From contig CM060734.1 in NCBI GenBank assembly GCA_030704615.1, positions 21,762,001-21,826,000 of the forward strand: 64,000 nucleotides of DNA. Direction: 5' to 3'. This DNA comes from Takakia lepidozioides. Its lineage: Eukaryota; Plantae; Bryophyta. Below, piece after piece: positions 13,722-27,822 of this stretch. Position 1 is the first letter of the stretch; each line of letters begins with the position of its first letter. The translations under genes were made by a program, and so were the position numbers. The notes beneath the pieces are model-generated. The model searched no databases. It worked only from the letters and a program-made list of their open reading frames with translations, and was not told the DNA's origin.

Positions 13722-15560
13722 CATAATGCCCACACTGTAGTTGTGTAGGCTGTGCCTGTACTGGCCCTTTGCCTCTCTCCAGACAATCTCTCTTAACATA
13801 GGGTCCTCCACAATCCCAACAAAGTCACACCCGACTGTTGTTGGCCTGAGAATGAAGGAAGAGACCTCTGCATCTGAGATCCCCTCTGACCTTCCTTGGG
13901 CTTTGTCTGAGCCCCCTCTGTTGCATTGAGCACGTTGGGGTAGTGGTTGTTGTTGGCTAGGAGCCCCACTTCGTTGTGTCTCCTTACCAAACCCCACCAT
14001 GACCACCCGTTCCTCCATCATATTGAGCTCTATCCGCTCTGCTAGCAAAAATACATTTGCAAAGGTGGGTTGGGCCACTTGTAGGAGAGTTGCATCCCGC
14101 ACCCTTCTTCTTAGCTCCTTGTCCAATATCCCATACCAGAATTGGACTGCCTGAGCTTCCATAATCCCTTGGGTCACATATCAATCGCCTCATACGCATG
14201 TAAGCCTCCCTCAAACTCTCAGTAGGCTTGCGTGACTGCCTGAGCTTCCGTAACCCCTTGGGTCACATATCAATCGCCTCATACGCGTGTAAGCCTCCCT
14301 CAAACTCTCAGTAGGCTCGCGCTAGAACTCTTGCAAGCTCCGCAATTTCTCCGTCCTTATCCCCTGGTAGTTTCTCCTCAAGTCCTCGAAGAACTCCACA
14401 ACTGGGTTAAAGGCAGGCACGGGTGTTGGTGCGGCAGCAGGAGCTTGGGTGGACTTCCCAGTTCCTGTTTCACTTGTCCCACTGCTGCTTGCAGAAGCTG
14501 TCGGTGTAGCTGCCGGTTCACCGCTGCCCTTGTGCCTCTAGTGATGGAGACATAGTCAGGTGATCAATACACCCGCCATTCCTCAATCTCTACCTCATGT
14601 CCCCGCCTAAACTCATGGTAGTCATCCATCGGCGGCCCCTCAAGGTGCTGAAACAGCCCCTTCCACGCCATAAAAGATGTAAACAGTTGTGGATTGCGCA
14701 TCTGCTGCAAATCACACCAACTATCAAACTCCTGTATGAAATCATCAAGCTCAATGGTTCCCACAACTCCAGAGTACCGACGTGGCCCCTTGGTAGCTCC
14801 ATACATTTCTTCCATCATATCCCACAACAATGGCACGGAAATATCTTGCACCCTCGGGCGAGAATCCTCCTGACTCCGAGTCTGAACCTTCCTCAGAAGA
14901 CACTGAAGGTGAAGGTGGCCTAAACCGCACATCTCGTCTTGTATACCCACTAGTATCACTGGTGCTCGTACCGGCACTCTCCTCAACAACTGGTGGCACC
15001 TCCGTGATGAAAACTCACACTCAAACCGGTTGTAAACCTGTTTCTAATCCCCCTTTCCACAACGTAACCGGGTAGAGAACCTGTTGCGGCTTATGGTTTG
15101 GAATATTAGGTTCCTAGCATGAACCTGCACCTGCACCCGCATCCATCGCAGATACTCCTATGGTCTGCTGGTCATCAACCCAGCCTCACCATAAGAGAAA
15201 CAATGATGGTCTGTTGGTCATCACCCTAGACTCACCACCGACAGCACGCTCTAGGGTTGATCGGCTACAATATTTCCGGAACAACCACCTATAAAAGCAA
15301 GCGCCCAAACCAAACTAGCATGGCGCACAGTCAAACATGCATGTGTGGGAGGAGGATCCAAATACAAGAAACTCAATCAACAACACCTCCCACACCTTAA
15401 ATCAATCGACCTCCTTGCGGCTCCAATAAACCTGCAAGATGGCCAAGTCTCTATCCAAACTAGCTCTGCCTCCGCTTATGGAAAAGTTTTGGCCTACAAG
15501 AATGATAGAAGACTATGGAGAAGAGAAGCTAAAGCAATCTCTAAGCCCAGAATGCTCTCA
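13722..15560 (-). mobile_element. Truncated retroelement (5' region + gag), same family as the DNMT-carrying element at 55.4-59.4 kb
   Basis: PLLWDMMEEMYGATKGPRRYSG...FDSWCDLQQMRNPQLF and QFWYGILDKELRRRVRDATLLQ nearly identical to 56150-56930; upstream noncoding 15120-15420 matches the reverse complement of 55590-55860; internal ~88-bp tandem duplication at 14146-14320. Confidence 0.85.
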
Positions 15561-15779
15561 TCCCATTACTCCCCCTATCTTCACACTCACTAACTCTCAA
15601 GAGCCCTCAATTATTGCCATGAACTTCTGAAATCTGCCCTCAATCAGCCCCTCACATAGACCCACCGAGGCTCAAAAAGTTCGCAAACTTGGACTCCGAA
15701 CAGTCCACCGAAAGGCCCAAGAGCTGGTCAAATAGTGGCCTCCAAGGGCGCCAACCAGCCCTCTAAACCGCCCTCAAAT

Positions 15780-16095
15780 TATCATCCGCTGGCGCAGTTT
15801 CATCCGCCTCCGTGATTTTTCATCCAATGGCGCGATAGCTCATCCGCTGCCACGATTTCATCCGCTGGCGCAGTTTCATCCATCTCCACGATTCTTCATC
15901 CAATGGCGCGATAGTTCATCCGCTGCCACGATTTCATCCGCTGGCGCAGTTTCATCCGTCGCCGTATTTTTCATCCAATAACGCGATATTTCATCCAATA
16001 CCAAGATTTCATCCACTGGTGCAGATTTCATTCACTGTGACCGATTCTCATCCAAGTATGACGATTTTCATCCATTGGCTCAATAGTTCATCCGA
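15780..16095. repeat. Minisatellite of ~17-19 bp units with TTCATCC core
   Basis: Units such as tttcatccgctggcgcag / tttcatccaatggcgcgatag repeated ~16-17 times. Confidence 0.85.
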
Positions 16096-17706
16096 TGGTT
16101 CAATGGTGGTGCTCCCAACCCTGGGGCAATGTTCCCACAAGTTCCCAAGGAGTTCCCACGTTAGGGTTTGCGCCGCTTTGGCTTTGCGATTGCTGCCAAT
16201 GAGCTATGGCTTCTATGGAGCAACCAGAGGTGCCGTTCTTGGGTTCTTGGGCATCAATGGACCACCAAGAGTGCAGGGAGTAAGCTATTTGCCACACAAC
16301 AAACTCTCTTTCTCCATGGAACTCATTGAAACAAGCATAGAACAAGCTATTGAGCTTTCTATGGCATACCTTCTTCTAACCATTGTATGCACTCATAGTG
16401 CTCCCTTCCATGGCCATAGTGCACCCCTTAGAGCTCCTAATCCAGCCCTGCACTTGCCACTTCCATAGACATGCTCCTCCCAAGCTTGAGATTGAAACCC
16501 CAACTCAAAGCATGCTCTACAAATGCACTATCTTGCACCAAGGCCCAAATCAGATCCTTCTCTTCACTCCTAGCTCTCCTAAGCTTGAAGTTGAAGACCC
16601 CCACAAGCTGGAAGCATGCTCCACACATGCACCGCTTGCTTGGTTAACACTCGAGCTCTTCTTGAACTCCTCAAACCCTGCAACACTTGTAGAACAAGAG
16701 CTTTCTTCACAAGCTCTCAAACTTTGTAATGGGGCTCTTCTTGAAGACCTCCATCTGTGCATAAACACCACAAGGACTTTCTTTGCAAACCCTGCAATAC
16801 CTTGTAACACAAGAGCTATCTACCAAGCTCTCTTCCACACACAAATGCTAACTATACTAACACCTTGCACTCATAGATGTAAGCAGGTCTTCTTCTTCTA
16901 GTGATACGGAATTCATCTCTAGTTTGTCATGTCAGTCATATACAACTGAGAATCTACTAATTGGTGCAAACATAACAATGGAATACCTAGAATCTTGCAC
17001 AGTCTGTTTGTAACGTTACCGGCCAGAGGTATTATTAACATTGGAGTCGGATTATTTAAGACCTTAACTTTTGAATTACCGCTGTCAAAGCTGATGATTG
17101 TTGTATCTATTTCTAACATGGAAGGTAACCCAGGTAGTGCATGCCTTGACGGAGTATATTGAGCAGATCAATCTGTAGAACCTCCATCCCAATCAGTCTT
17201 TTTAAGTGAGAACTTCAACCAGCTAAGCTGATAGACATCAACAATGTCGTGTCAATGGGCAAACTAGGCATGGCTCTCAGGGCCCAGTGATCGAAGTACT
17301 TTCAACATCTGGCTCTAGGACGGCTCAAATGCCCTCTCAAGGGCAACTGTATACAGTGAAGGATAAACATCTAGACCCATTGTTCAAATATGATTCATTC
17401 AATCCTTGAAGTTTCCATCCACATGCAGCCAACAACCTGGATGACTACCTGATCAGGAAGAAATAATGATGACACATCGCTGAGCCTTCTCCATATGGAA
17501 ACTCATAACTTTTCCACCAAAGGGTAATTTCTCAATACAATGCGACCTTGAATGAAAATAATTAGTCTTATTGGGCTCAATTGAAAGACGAATCACATCA
17601 GAAAGTCAGCTTGCCAGCAGGGACTGTAGAACAGAATCAGTGCGACATCCAACCCTTCCAAATCTTTTGTGCTAGCAAAATTGGAGAGCAAGTCCAAGGG
17701 TATCTC

Positions 17707-20700
17707 TCACTCATATAGCCATTTCTCAGCATTGTGCTTGTAGTCAATAAGCTCCTCGGGCTTAAACCACAAACCAATTTCAGCTACAGCTGTCTCGGGC
17801 CCATCACTGCCATGGATGATGTTCCTGCATACCCCAACCAATGTACACAAATCATAACTAGATATACAGCATGATAAAATGGACTTGGGTGTGATGTTTC
17901 CATCGCTGTATGAGACTAAGAAAAAAAAGCAACACTAGTATTATATTGAGTAGTGAAATGTCCATCTACTCCAGATTGGACACCTATTTATGTGTGCCAT
18001 GAGGAAAGGAAAGGACGTAAATGTCCAGCAATTTACAGAGCATGCAGCCATGCAGCAATACACAGCCCATCGCGAGGGCACTAGACTGATGTGTCCTTAC
18101 AAGGCACAACGCTATGGCAACAAAGTCTGATGACTCTCACTCAAGCTGGCTCCAGACAATATGGGGCTCACACAGCCATCACAGGACAAGACAAGAACAG
18201 AAAATGCCTATCTTCCTCCTGTCTGCATTGGCCAAAAAACAGGAGGGGCCCGAAGGAACAAAAACCACAGTCCAGTACCCCTTGGCATCTATGCTATCAT
18301 TCACTGCTTTCCAGAGAAAGCTTGCATACGGAATCAACTTTCTCTTTCAAAGCAGTTCTGATACTGCAGTGAGCCTTCTGTGATATTCTGCAGTAACTCC
18401 CCTCCCTCTGATCTTCCCCACCGTCCTCGTTTTCATGAAAGAAAAAGGTAAGCAAGTCAGCTTTCTTTCCTTGCAGAAACTAGTGCCAATAGAGCGAATT
18501 CTTAGTCTAGAGAATTTTGGTCAATTAATTTGAATAGCACAAATATTTGATAAACCAAGCAAACCTCTCAAGGATCTTCCTCACTGACCCACCTTGACAC
18601 TTGGATGGCAAGGTCGCCTCGAATAGTGCCAGGCTCTGAGACCTGTGGGCTGGTTGCCCCAATGAGCTTGCGACCGTACTTGATCACTCCTTGGCCTTCC
18701 CATACCTGTGATGCAGTAAGAAGGTCTCAGAAAATCTCCACATATATACTAGACATGAATTGTAATAGACCAACCAGAATGGCAGTACCGTCTAGCAACT
18801 TAATCTGATGGTCCAATGTCAGTAAAATATGAAAGCAAGAAGTCTATTCCTAAAAGTCTTAGAGATGGCAAGCCCAAGGGCAAAGAGCACTTGCCATGCC
18901 AACAACCGGGCCGGAGCTGAGGAAGTCGCAGAGGCCATTGAAGAAGGGGCGCTCTTTCAAGTCATCATAGTGCTGGGCAGCAAACTCCTTTGTAGGCACC
19001 ACAAGCTTGATTGCCACCAGCTTGTAGCCTTTGCGCTCAAACCTCCCAATAATCTCTGAAATCTAGCAGCCGACAGCCATATTCAAACTTGATAAGGACC
19101 TACAAAAAACTGGTAGGATTTCATGAGGAGAGGAATCTGCAAATGCAAAAAATCAGCAAAACAACTGCAGCAAATTCCAGCAATTACTACCAAAGCTATG
19201 CAGGTTATAAGCCTAAGAAAGTTCATGTACCAGGCCACGCTGGACACCATCTGGTTTGATTGCAATGAATGTGCGCTCCAGCTGCAGCTCGACATCGAAT
19301 GAAGGCAATCAATAATTGGCAATGTAGTGTAAGCACCAGACAACACAAGATTTCTAAGTCAGAGAGAACAGTTAAGTTGCATTTGAACTCTGTGTACAGG
19401 AAACATCCACTCGTAATTAAAGGCAGGCATGTACCTCAGCAGCCTCGACTGTTGGATCTTGAGCCATAAACACTGGCAAGCCAAGCCCACCAAACCTGAC
19501 ATAAACTTCATGGATATATATCTCTCTCTCTCCGCGGACATTACAAAGTATCATTTCATTCATATCCTTTCTCCGTGCCACGCAGCAGAGACAGTCCCTC
19601 GTGTCTACATACTAAGATCCAAGGCGATAATATTGGCTCTTTAGAGACTCCCAGTGGCAGAGAGGCTGTAATTTTGAGGACCCCAGGACCCCAAGTTTCT
19701 GGCAGCCTACCTGCACTAAGCACTTCCGTCTTTGGACAACGTTTGATATTTTTGGAAGAGGTTTCTTGTTGTTCTACTTTGTCCCCATGGGCCTCAGGAC
19801 CCCTCTGGATGTATGAATTTCCTTGTTTCTCTCTCTCTTATGTCCACTCCACATTGACTATTTCACTGCTCTGCTTGAGGATTTGGTCTGAAAGTCATAG
19901 TTTATTTCACACCCCTCAAACTCTAAAGGACCAACAATGGACTCAATCATGAAAATAAATCACGCATTGCATTTCAGCCAGTGTTTGAAAGTCAATCACA
20001 TGTATCGGGAATAATACAGACCAGCAGCAGGCAAAAAGATTGCAGCAGGAAACCATCTGCCATAGCCACTGGTGGTGTCTCCTGATGTGCGGGCCATAGC
20101 AGCAGGAGCTGAAGTGCTTCCTCTGCACACAGCTGCTGCCATCACCGCCCTCCCTTCTGCAGCCCGCCATCACCAATTGGTTTACCCAGCAATCCTCAGA
20201 CACTCATGTCCTCTCTACTTGGTTATTTGCTTGTAGAGCATCACAATTGCAACGTCATCCTTCCGTTCAATTTACAGCATTAACACACCTTTTTCTTCGG
20301 ATGCATCATAATGGATACAGGCACATATCAACCGGGGGCTTCTGTCTAATGTACAACCGGTTTGACCTGCTAGAGCCGAGAGAGAGCAGCAGAACTTCAA
20401 GAGATCAAACTCGATCGACCTTGCGCAGAGAGGCTTTCACCCTCAAGAATGGATTGAGACGAAAGGGGAAAAAATCCTAACTTGGAGAAGTAGTGAATTA
20501 GTGTGGTTCCACGGTTACAAAGCATAGAGTGTACAAGGTGTATATCATGACCGATCGCGAGATCATGCACGTACATCAAAGGAAACTCAACACAATCTGC
20601 CTCATGAGAGGCTCCTTCCGCATTGCTCGTGAGACCGCTAAAAGAGTCGGATTGTTTAATTAGCTGCAATTAACTAGGAGCAGTTCCTAGATCGGCTAGA

Positions 20701-21052
20701 AACAAAGTATCTTAGTTCAATTTCTCAGCTTTATTCCTCGTCTTCGATTCAAGACCCGATCTCCAACACACCAAGGTTCTGCTCATCTCTACAAAAAGGA
20801 ATCCAAATCTAAAATCTCTGCCAGCTGGAATCCAGAGTCTGTGAACCCCGTCTTCGTAACATTGTCTCATCAACCGTTCTCAGATCGACCATATGCTACG
20901 ATACCGTATAAGACATCCTCTTTTTCCTACAGATTATAAGACGACAAAAGTGAATATCACCACAGTGAGCACGAACCTGCTGAGAGAGACGGACGTGGCG
21001 CAGCAGCGCGAACGGCCCGGGATACCACAGATGCTAGACGCGATCTCATCAT
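17707..21052 (-). CDS. NDPK3: Nucleoside diphosphate kinase 3-like (mitochondrial/organellar), 7 exons: 21052-20977, 20156-20022, 19472-19435, 19281-19231, 19062-18895, 18705-18593, 17824-17707
   Basis: Spliced translation gives a transit peptide, then [32 protein letters not shown]...[23 protein letters not shown]...GTIRGDLA...RNIIHGSDG (catalytic His)...EKWLYE*; all exon phases consistent. Confidence 0.96.
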
Positions 21053-21799
21053 CTTGAGAAAGAAGGCAAGATCCGAGCACAATAGCGCAGCCTTACACGA
21101 AAATCTGATACCACAACACTCCCCACCGAAGGATCTGCACAGCGAGTGTCGCAGACGAGAGACACGAGATGGGGAGATGCTTGGATGAATGCATAACATG
21201 ATGACACCAACCCAACCGGAATGGATGACGCCGGCCGGAATGGATGAAACGTGGTATTTTCTCTAATCAAAGATTAGGAATGTCTACATACATTCCCCCT
21301 TCCGGGAAATTTTAGTTGACTTCTTGTCAGTAGTAGACAAAGACCACACCCACACCAGGCATGGAGGATTGCAGCTCTGTTTGACAGTCTTCTATAGATT
21401 CCATTGAAGAGGGAGCACGTTGAAAGATTTGATCCTAAACATGATAATGCTACATGCGCGCCACCGGTATGGGCACAGACAGTGGGGCAAAAGGAGATTT
21501 ACTTAGACAAACACAGCGGCGGAAAACTTTTGTCAAGAATACTTTTGTCGGGGTTACAGCTCAATACAAATGTTGGATTAAACCATCAGAGAACTGAACT
21601 GGAAAGCCATTGGTTTTCAGCACTCAATGTTGACTGACTACAAGCAACATGGATGCAAGAAGATAGCGTCCTAAAATAGATACAAACATCAATAAGGTAT
21701 TATACCAGGCTCTTGATCCCTCTGCGCAGATGAAAGTCAGACAAGTTCTTCTAAAACTAGGTTCAAGTCTGATCCACTGGGAATCTCTGCTGCCTTGGT

Positions 21800-24700
21800 C
21801 TATATGTCATAAAGCATCCCCACCTCCAGGTAACTTGCAGGAGGAATCTTCAATTCCTCTATTTCCGATCTGCAGGTAAACCTGAGCAGACCATACATTT
21901 TGTTGATTACAAAACGCTTCAACCAACCAGTCCTGCTGGTTCTTACTGTGATCTTTCCCACCACGTACATAGTACCATGGCACATAGCACTCTCAAGTTC
22001 TGCCAAGTCCCCCAGGTTGGACTCCTGCATTGACCTCTCCGTGCTATGGAGCTCATTTTCACTAGCAACTTCCGAAAGTGAGACCTCCCACTTGTCATCG
22101 GACCGAAGATAGTCTTTTAGGCTTCCAATGGCCTGATTTTTAAACTCGTCACCATGACAATCAATGACATCCTGGTAGCCATAGCGAGCGACACAGCGGT
22201 AGACCCCTTTGAAACCAAACCACCCCACAAGGAAGCGCTCTTCAGGCAGGACAGTCTTAACTGGTAGGAATCGGATCGTTGTGAAGACCAAGACTTGGTG
22301 CAGTGTCTGTACATTCTTCACATAGTGGGTGATGATTGGGGGTACACCAAAAACGAGATCACTGTAGAAGAAGCAGATTCCAGGCACTCGTTGTATTTCA
22401 GTACTGGAAAGCAGTGCTCCCAGGCCATCCAAGCTCAGTTTGTGCTCCATTTCATACTTGAATTTTTTTTTCCGCCCATAGTTCCAGGAGAGGCTGATAG
22501 CAAGGAAGAGAGTCGCAATAGCAAAGGGCACCCAGCCACCCTGTGGTATCTTTGTCAAAACAGATGTAAAGTACACACCTTCGGTAAGTCCAAAGACTGC
22601 CAGGAAGAGCAATGCCAGTGGCCATGGAAGTTTCCAAATTATCAGCATAACGAGGGTCACCAGCGTGGTACTTATGAACATCACACCCACCACTGCCACC
22701 CCTGTCCTAACACAAACTCACATTAACACCTTCAATGCAGCATTTGCACTACTGTCACGAGTCAGGTTTTACAAAACAAGTTTACCCCATGAGTCTGAAC
22801 TTGACCACATCCAATCTAGACTTCTGGTACCAGCCATTGCCAGAGAGAAAGAATGCCACATTTGTACCCATCCAGAAAGCTCCACTTCCTCTTGCAGTTC
22901 CTCTGATGGAACCATCTTGATGTAATGCCCTGAAGACTGAAAGAGAGGATTGGACTCTTAACATGACTAACGACTGTTTACTGTAAAAGGTGGCTGTCTG
23001 TCCGGCAAACAGCTATGGGGCCCCTTGTCTAAGTTAATCAATGCAGCAGAACAAATCGTCTTGAACTGTCAAACACGAGCAGCTTGTGCGACATTACTCT
23101 CCATAAACAAAACTCTTAACCATCAAAGTCAATAAAATCTTACCAAAAGCATTGCCAATTTGAGTTGCGTCCCGAAATCCAAGAACCACCGCAAGGCAGA
23201 GAACCATGACCACATAGTTAACTTCTGGTGAGTAGACTTGCCCTTCGTGGTCAGGCGACGTGTGCACCATCTTCACCCGAGGGAAACAGCCTAGTGCCAT
23301 GGCTTGCTTCACGATTGAAAAAGTTGCTGAGATGAGAGACTGGCTGGCGACAATTGCTGCCAGGATTGCTACCAAAAACATAGGCCAGTACACCACTTTC
23401 GGAATCGACTTGAAGAAAGCATTTTGGTGATCTTCGGGGTGCTTGATCAGATAAGCAGTCTCCCCGGCATATGTGAGGAGACATGATGGGTAGACAATTG
23501 CTGAGAATGCAATCTGGCCACAAGGATGAAGGACAGGAGTTGGCATTTGCCAGTGTATGTGCAACAGAGATTGTACTCATAAGACGTTGTTTGCCGTATG
23601 TGCAACAGAGAGAGAGAAAGCTTGTTCCCGACATTTTGATTGAAAACCTGAAAATACATCACTCATATCCATGCTTCCCTTGGTGCTAACACAATCAAAA
23701 CACCAACAAATGCCTCACCTGAATGGCTCGTTTGTTGAAATGGCCCAGGTCTGCAAACATTGCCTCGGCTCCTATCAAATGAGGAAGAAACAAAATTATT
23801 ATGTTCAGGGGAGGGCCAGACGATTGAAGAGAGAAGGTTAGATATGTTTCACTGCACACTCAAATGTGATTCATTGAAAGAACATACTCATAAGACATTG
23901 TGTGCCCAGTTTGGGCGGAACAAGCAGGAACAGACACTACCCTTGTGAGGGCTCTCTCCAGTAGTGGGACTTACCTTGATATAAACAATTTATTTGGGCT
24001 TTCCAGATTTGCTCTAGAAAGCCCTTCACACAAGCATCAAGTGATCTGCCCAGCAGTTAGACCCACAGGACCAGGGCTTTAGCCTTATTCACTGATTCAT
24101 TGAAAGTGAGTGAGAGAAAGATAGAAAGAAAGATTGTACTCATAAGACGTTGTTTGCCGTAGCCTTGTGGCCATTGACCCCGCGCCCAGTTTGAGCGGGA
24201 ACAAAAGGGACAGAACCTATCTCTGTCAGGGGCTGATGTTGGTAGTAAGACTTACCTCCATATAAAGAATTAATCCGGGTTTTCCAGATATCCTCTAGAA
24301 ATCCCTTCACACAAGCATCAATCTGCTGTGTGTGATTTGCCCAAAAACTAGGCCTCAGGAGGGCCTGGGCTTTTGGCTCAGCCTCGAGACTTTCAAAGTT
24401 GGTAAACAGGGGTACAGGCACAATTCCCTTAATAGATTTGAAGAGAGAGTCTCTTTGGTGAGAGAACCCCGGACAGTGTATCAGAAAATGAATACTGTCT
24501 TCAGATTGCCCACACAACGGGCAATTGCACTCTCCCTTTCCTCTCTGCTTCTGTTTGCTGTTCAAAGGTAGGCTTCCTGCCCTGAGTTTAAATTTCAGTC
24601 TAGTGCCGAGAGTGGGTAGACCCTTGAGGTCATCCAAGATGTCCTCCCCCACGTCACAGACTGGAAACAAGTTCAGGGAAGTTTTCTGCCTAACTTCGTT

Positions 24701-27700
24701 TTCATCAGACAATCTCATGGCAACAGACATGGCTGAGGACACTACAGCCTCTAAGTCAGATTTATCCAGCAGGGTCAAGACTTGCGGATCCAGGTCCAGG
24801 TCCTTGAGGATCTCTTCTACTCTCTTCTGTCAGGACTTAGCCTGTTTGACAGGGCAGTCCTGTTTCCAAGATATAGAGTCGATTAACTTAGGATATCTGG
24901 TGTTGGGCATATGTTGCAGCTGACCCCACCATCTGACCTTGAATTCATCTCGTCGGGAGCTAAAGAAAGAAAGAAACATCCACCAGGGATCTCACCTGTG
25001 ATACAGAGGACAACACCCCCCAGTGCTAGCCAGCCATCCTTCTGGTTTCGTGAGAAGAACATGACAGCGTAATGTGGGGACACAGCTTTAAAAACACCAG
25101 GATAGTGTGTAACAATATTGTACACTGATAGTATGGGAGTTGTTATAAACCAGGTCAGCATGATGGGCGAAAAAATGAAGCTCACACGGTGAGTTCCAAA
25201 TTGCTGCATCAGGAACAATAGTACCAAGATGGTTGCTGACACCCAAGTCACAACATCTGCACCCCGAATTCCACCTTTGAAGTTAGCGCAGATCTTCTTT
25301 CTTTGTGTGGCCATATAATTATCTATTTTTACTAAAAGTACACTCACTGTAACTATAAAAGAGCATGAATTAATCAAGAAGATATGGAACTTGCCACCAA
25401 TCACAATGCTCCTACCCTTCTTTTTCGAGTGCATGAGAGCAAGCTGCTGCGTTAGCACTAAATTCCCAGCTTTCACTACCTGGGGGTAACATTTGCAAAA
25501 CTGTCCTCACACTTATTGCAGATATCCTACTGTTACAGAGCAAACAGTGACACCATTCCCCCAACCCAGAAACAGCTCATGTATTGACCAACTTCAATTT
25601 TTTACAATGTAGTTAACTACAATGGAGTGGATGAGCCATAAAATATGAGTCAAATCACAGCTCATGTGTTTTGGTATTGGTAAAGAGCAGCTACAAGTTT
25701 ATAGAAGGTGGGAGGAGTCGTCGGTGTGTTCACGAGCACATATGTATGTATATGTATACATGTGCATATGCTCCAGATGGTTGCAAGTATGGAAAGTAAG
25801 TGCGTATAATGGAAGTGTAGAGTGTAGGAATGCAACTTACATGTGTGAATAGCTCCGTCCTTACTTTGGATGCCTTCAATAGCTGATAAAACTGCACAAG
25901 CAGAAGCTAGAATTGAGACGTACAAAAAGGTGCAAAAATATGGTTGCACTAAACCTCTTAAAATGCTAGAACAACGTGGTACGACAAATGCTCATCAAAG
26001 GGTTACACTGTGACAGATGCAGCAAGAGGAAAGATTAGACTGTCTTCAAGTCCTTGTGGTCCCAGGTCTACACAACTCTCTTCTATCCCTTGTTCTTTTA
26101 CTGTAGGAATCAAATTGTATGAAAGGCCAAAGTGACACCTATTGCACTGTAATATCCAACCCTAGAATGAAAGGACATCCACTTGCAAGTAAAAAGATGG
26201 GGGAGGGCATGAATCCCTACTCCTCAGTAAACCATAATACACCTTTCAGGGTACAGCACTTTTATCATGTGGTTGTATCACACTATTTTCAGAGTCATAG
26301 TGGTCAAAGGCAGCTTACATTCAGGAAGAGAGGTAGGAATGTCTAGGTGAAAGTAAAATTGAAACCTTACCTGAGATGGCGGGAGTGAGAATGCCATCAC
26401 CAATGACCAGGCAAGTACCGAGCATGACCACAAAGAACAGGACGTACTGAGCTCCTTTGCTATGTTCTAACAGGGCACAGGTTCGACTGTGCATAGAACC
26501 ACTGCTGAAGTAGGAGAGCTGTCTGTTTGATTCTTGGTGGTGGTAGCACTCCCTAGCTTCCTGGCCCACGTTAGCGTGCTGGCACAGAAGCGAATACAAA
26601 GCAAATGTTCCCCCTGCGACGTTCCAGTTCCAGTTCCCAACTGTCAGGTTCAAACTAAAATGTCAAATTTCAAGTCTTTTCAAGGTATCCATTTGGATTC
26701 ACTCTTCAGTGTATAGCTCCGAAAACAAGCACCAGAGAATCATGAAAAACCAAAAACTTCCAATAGGTATTTAGAACATGTATCAAATGGTTTGTCTTGA
26801 CAAATCCTACACACAAAAAAAGCTTGTCAAAGCCAGTCTGAGGCACTTCCAGGCAGCCCATAACTTGCTCCAACCCAGCAATTCTATGCATGGTAGACTG
26901 AAACACGGAAGGATGGAGCAGATGCACACCAGAAAGAAAGATAGAGAGAGACATACACAGACAGAGACAGCCATACAGCGGAGGTTGAATATTTTACAAC
27001 CTTCACCATGGTCATCAGCATTGAGGACGATGAGCACATATTTGACAAGGGCCACCAGGGTAAACGTCCAGACGATGAGGCTCATCACACCCAAAAAATC
27101 TTTTTCCTCTGGATTCGACAGTGAAATTGTTGGCCACACATACAGTGGGGACGTTCCTAGATCTCCATACACAATGCCTAGTGTCTGATAGGCCAACACT
27201 AGTGTCTCCCACTTGCTGTACTTCTGCTTCCCATTTACCCCACACATTTGACCAAATCATGTCAGTGCTTCCTCGCATGTCTTATACTTTATTGGATATA
27301 TAAAAATTTCCCATGGGTCTCCCAGAGACACTCTATGATGAACCCCAAGAAAATAACTAGCCAATCCCACATTCAGCCTCTACGGATGCAGCATCACATG
27401 GTAGCTAGAGATACCTCTGACATTACCAGGTCTTGACTGCAACATTTTAAATTCAGATGGCCCCTGTTAGCTAAGTACTTCCAGATAGAACTCCTTAGAA
27501 AAACACATAATAAGAGAGAACAAATCAGCCATACCTTGCCATCACGATAGACAGGGGCCATCTGCTTCTTGAACTTTATGTCCGATAAAAGGCGGAACTG
27601 CCTCCTCGCTGTCTCTGCGCTCTCACCGGTGTCCTGCAAGACCGAATTCTCCAAGCCTCGGTCGCCATTGGTACTAATATGGACGTCAATTGGATCTCCA

Positions 27701-27822
27701 GCATTGACAGCAATCTTCAATTGTCTACTGTAAACCTGCTGCTCGAGGTCCCGACTCCCTTGTCCGGACTGGTTTCCGCCATTTAGTGTCCTAAGTTCCA
27801 CATTACTTTCCCCATTTTCCAT
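21800..27822 (-). CDS. HAK: KUP/HAK/KT potassium transporter, 8 exons: 27822-27535, 27223-27001, 26613-26371, 25891-25841, 25256-24996, 23771-23719, 23513-23144, 22701-21800
   Basis: Signature motifs [90 protein letters not shown]; GT-AG introns in consistent phase (alternative upstream ATG at 27852). Confidence 0.96.
23571..23595 (-). mobile_element. Ultra-short 5'-truncated LINE 3' end with 16-bp TSD
   Basis: Insert identical to 24134-24158; flanked by GTATGTGCAACAGAGA at 23555-23570 and 23596-23611. Confidence 0.8.
23881..24092 (-). mobile_element. Diverged 5'-truncated LINE 3' fragment with 14-bp TSD
   Basis: Similar to 24135-24380; flanked by TGATTCATTGAAAG at 23867-23880 and 24093-24106. 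Confidence 0.8.
24134..24960 (-). mobile_element. 5'-truncated LINE in HAK intron, encoding C-terminal zinc finger of ORF2
   Basis: ORF 24140-24778 [17 protein letters not shown] (C-terminal CCHC of non-LTR ORF2); stop followed by (CTTT/CT) simple-repeat tail; AGAAAGAAAGA on both sides (24123, 24964) as possible TSD. Confidence 0.85.
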
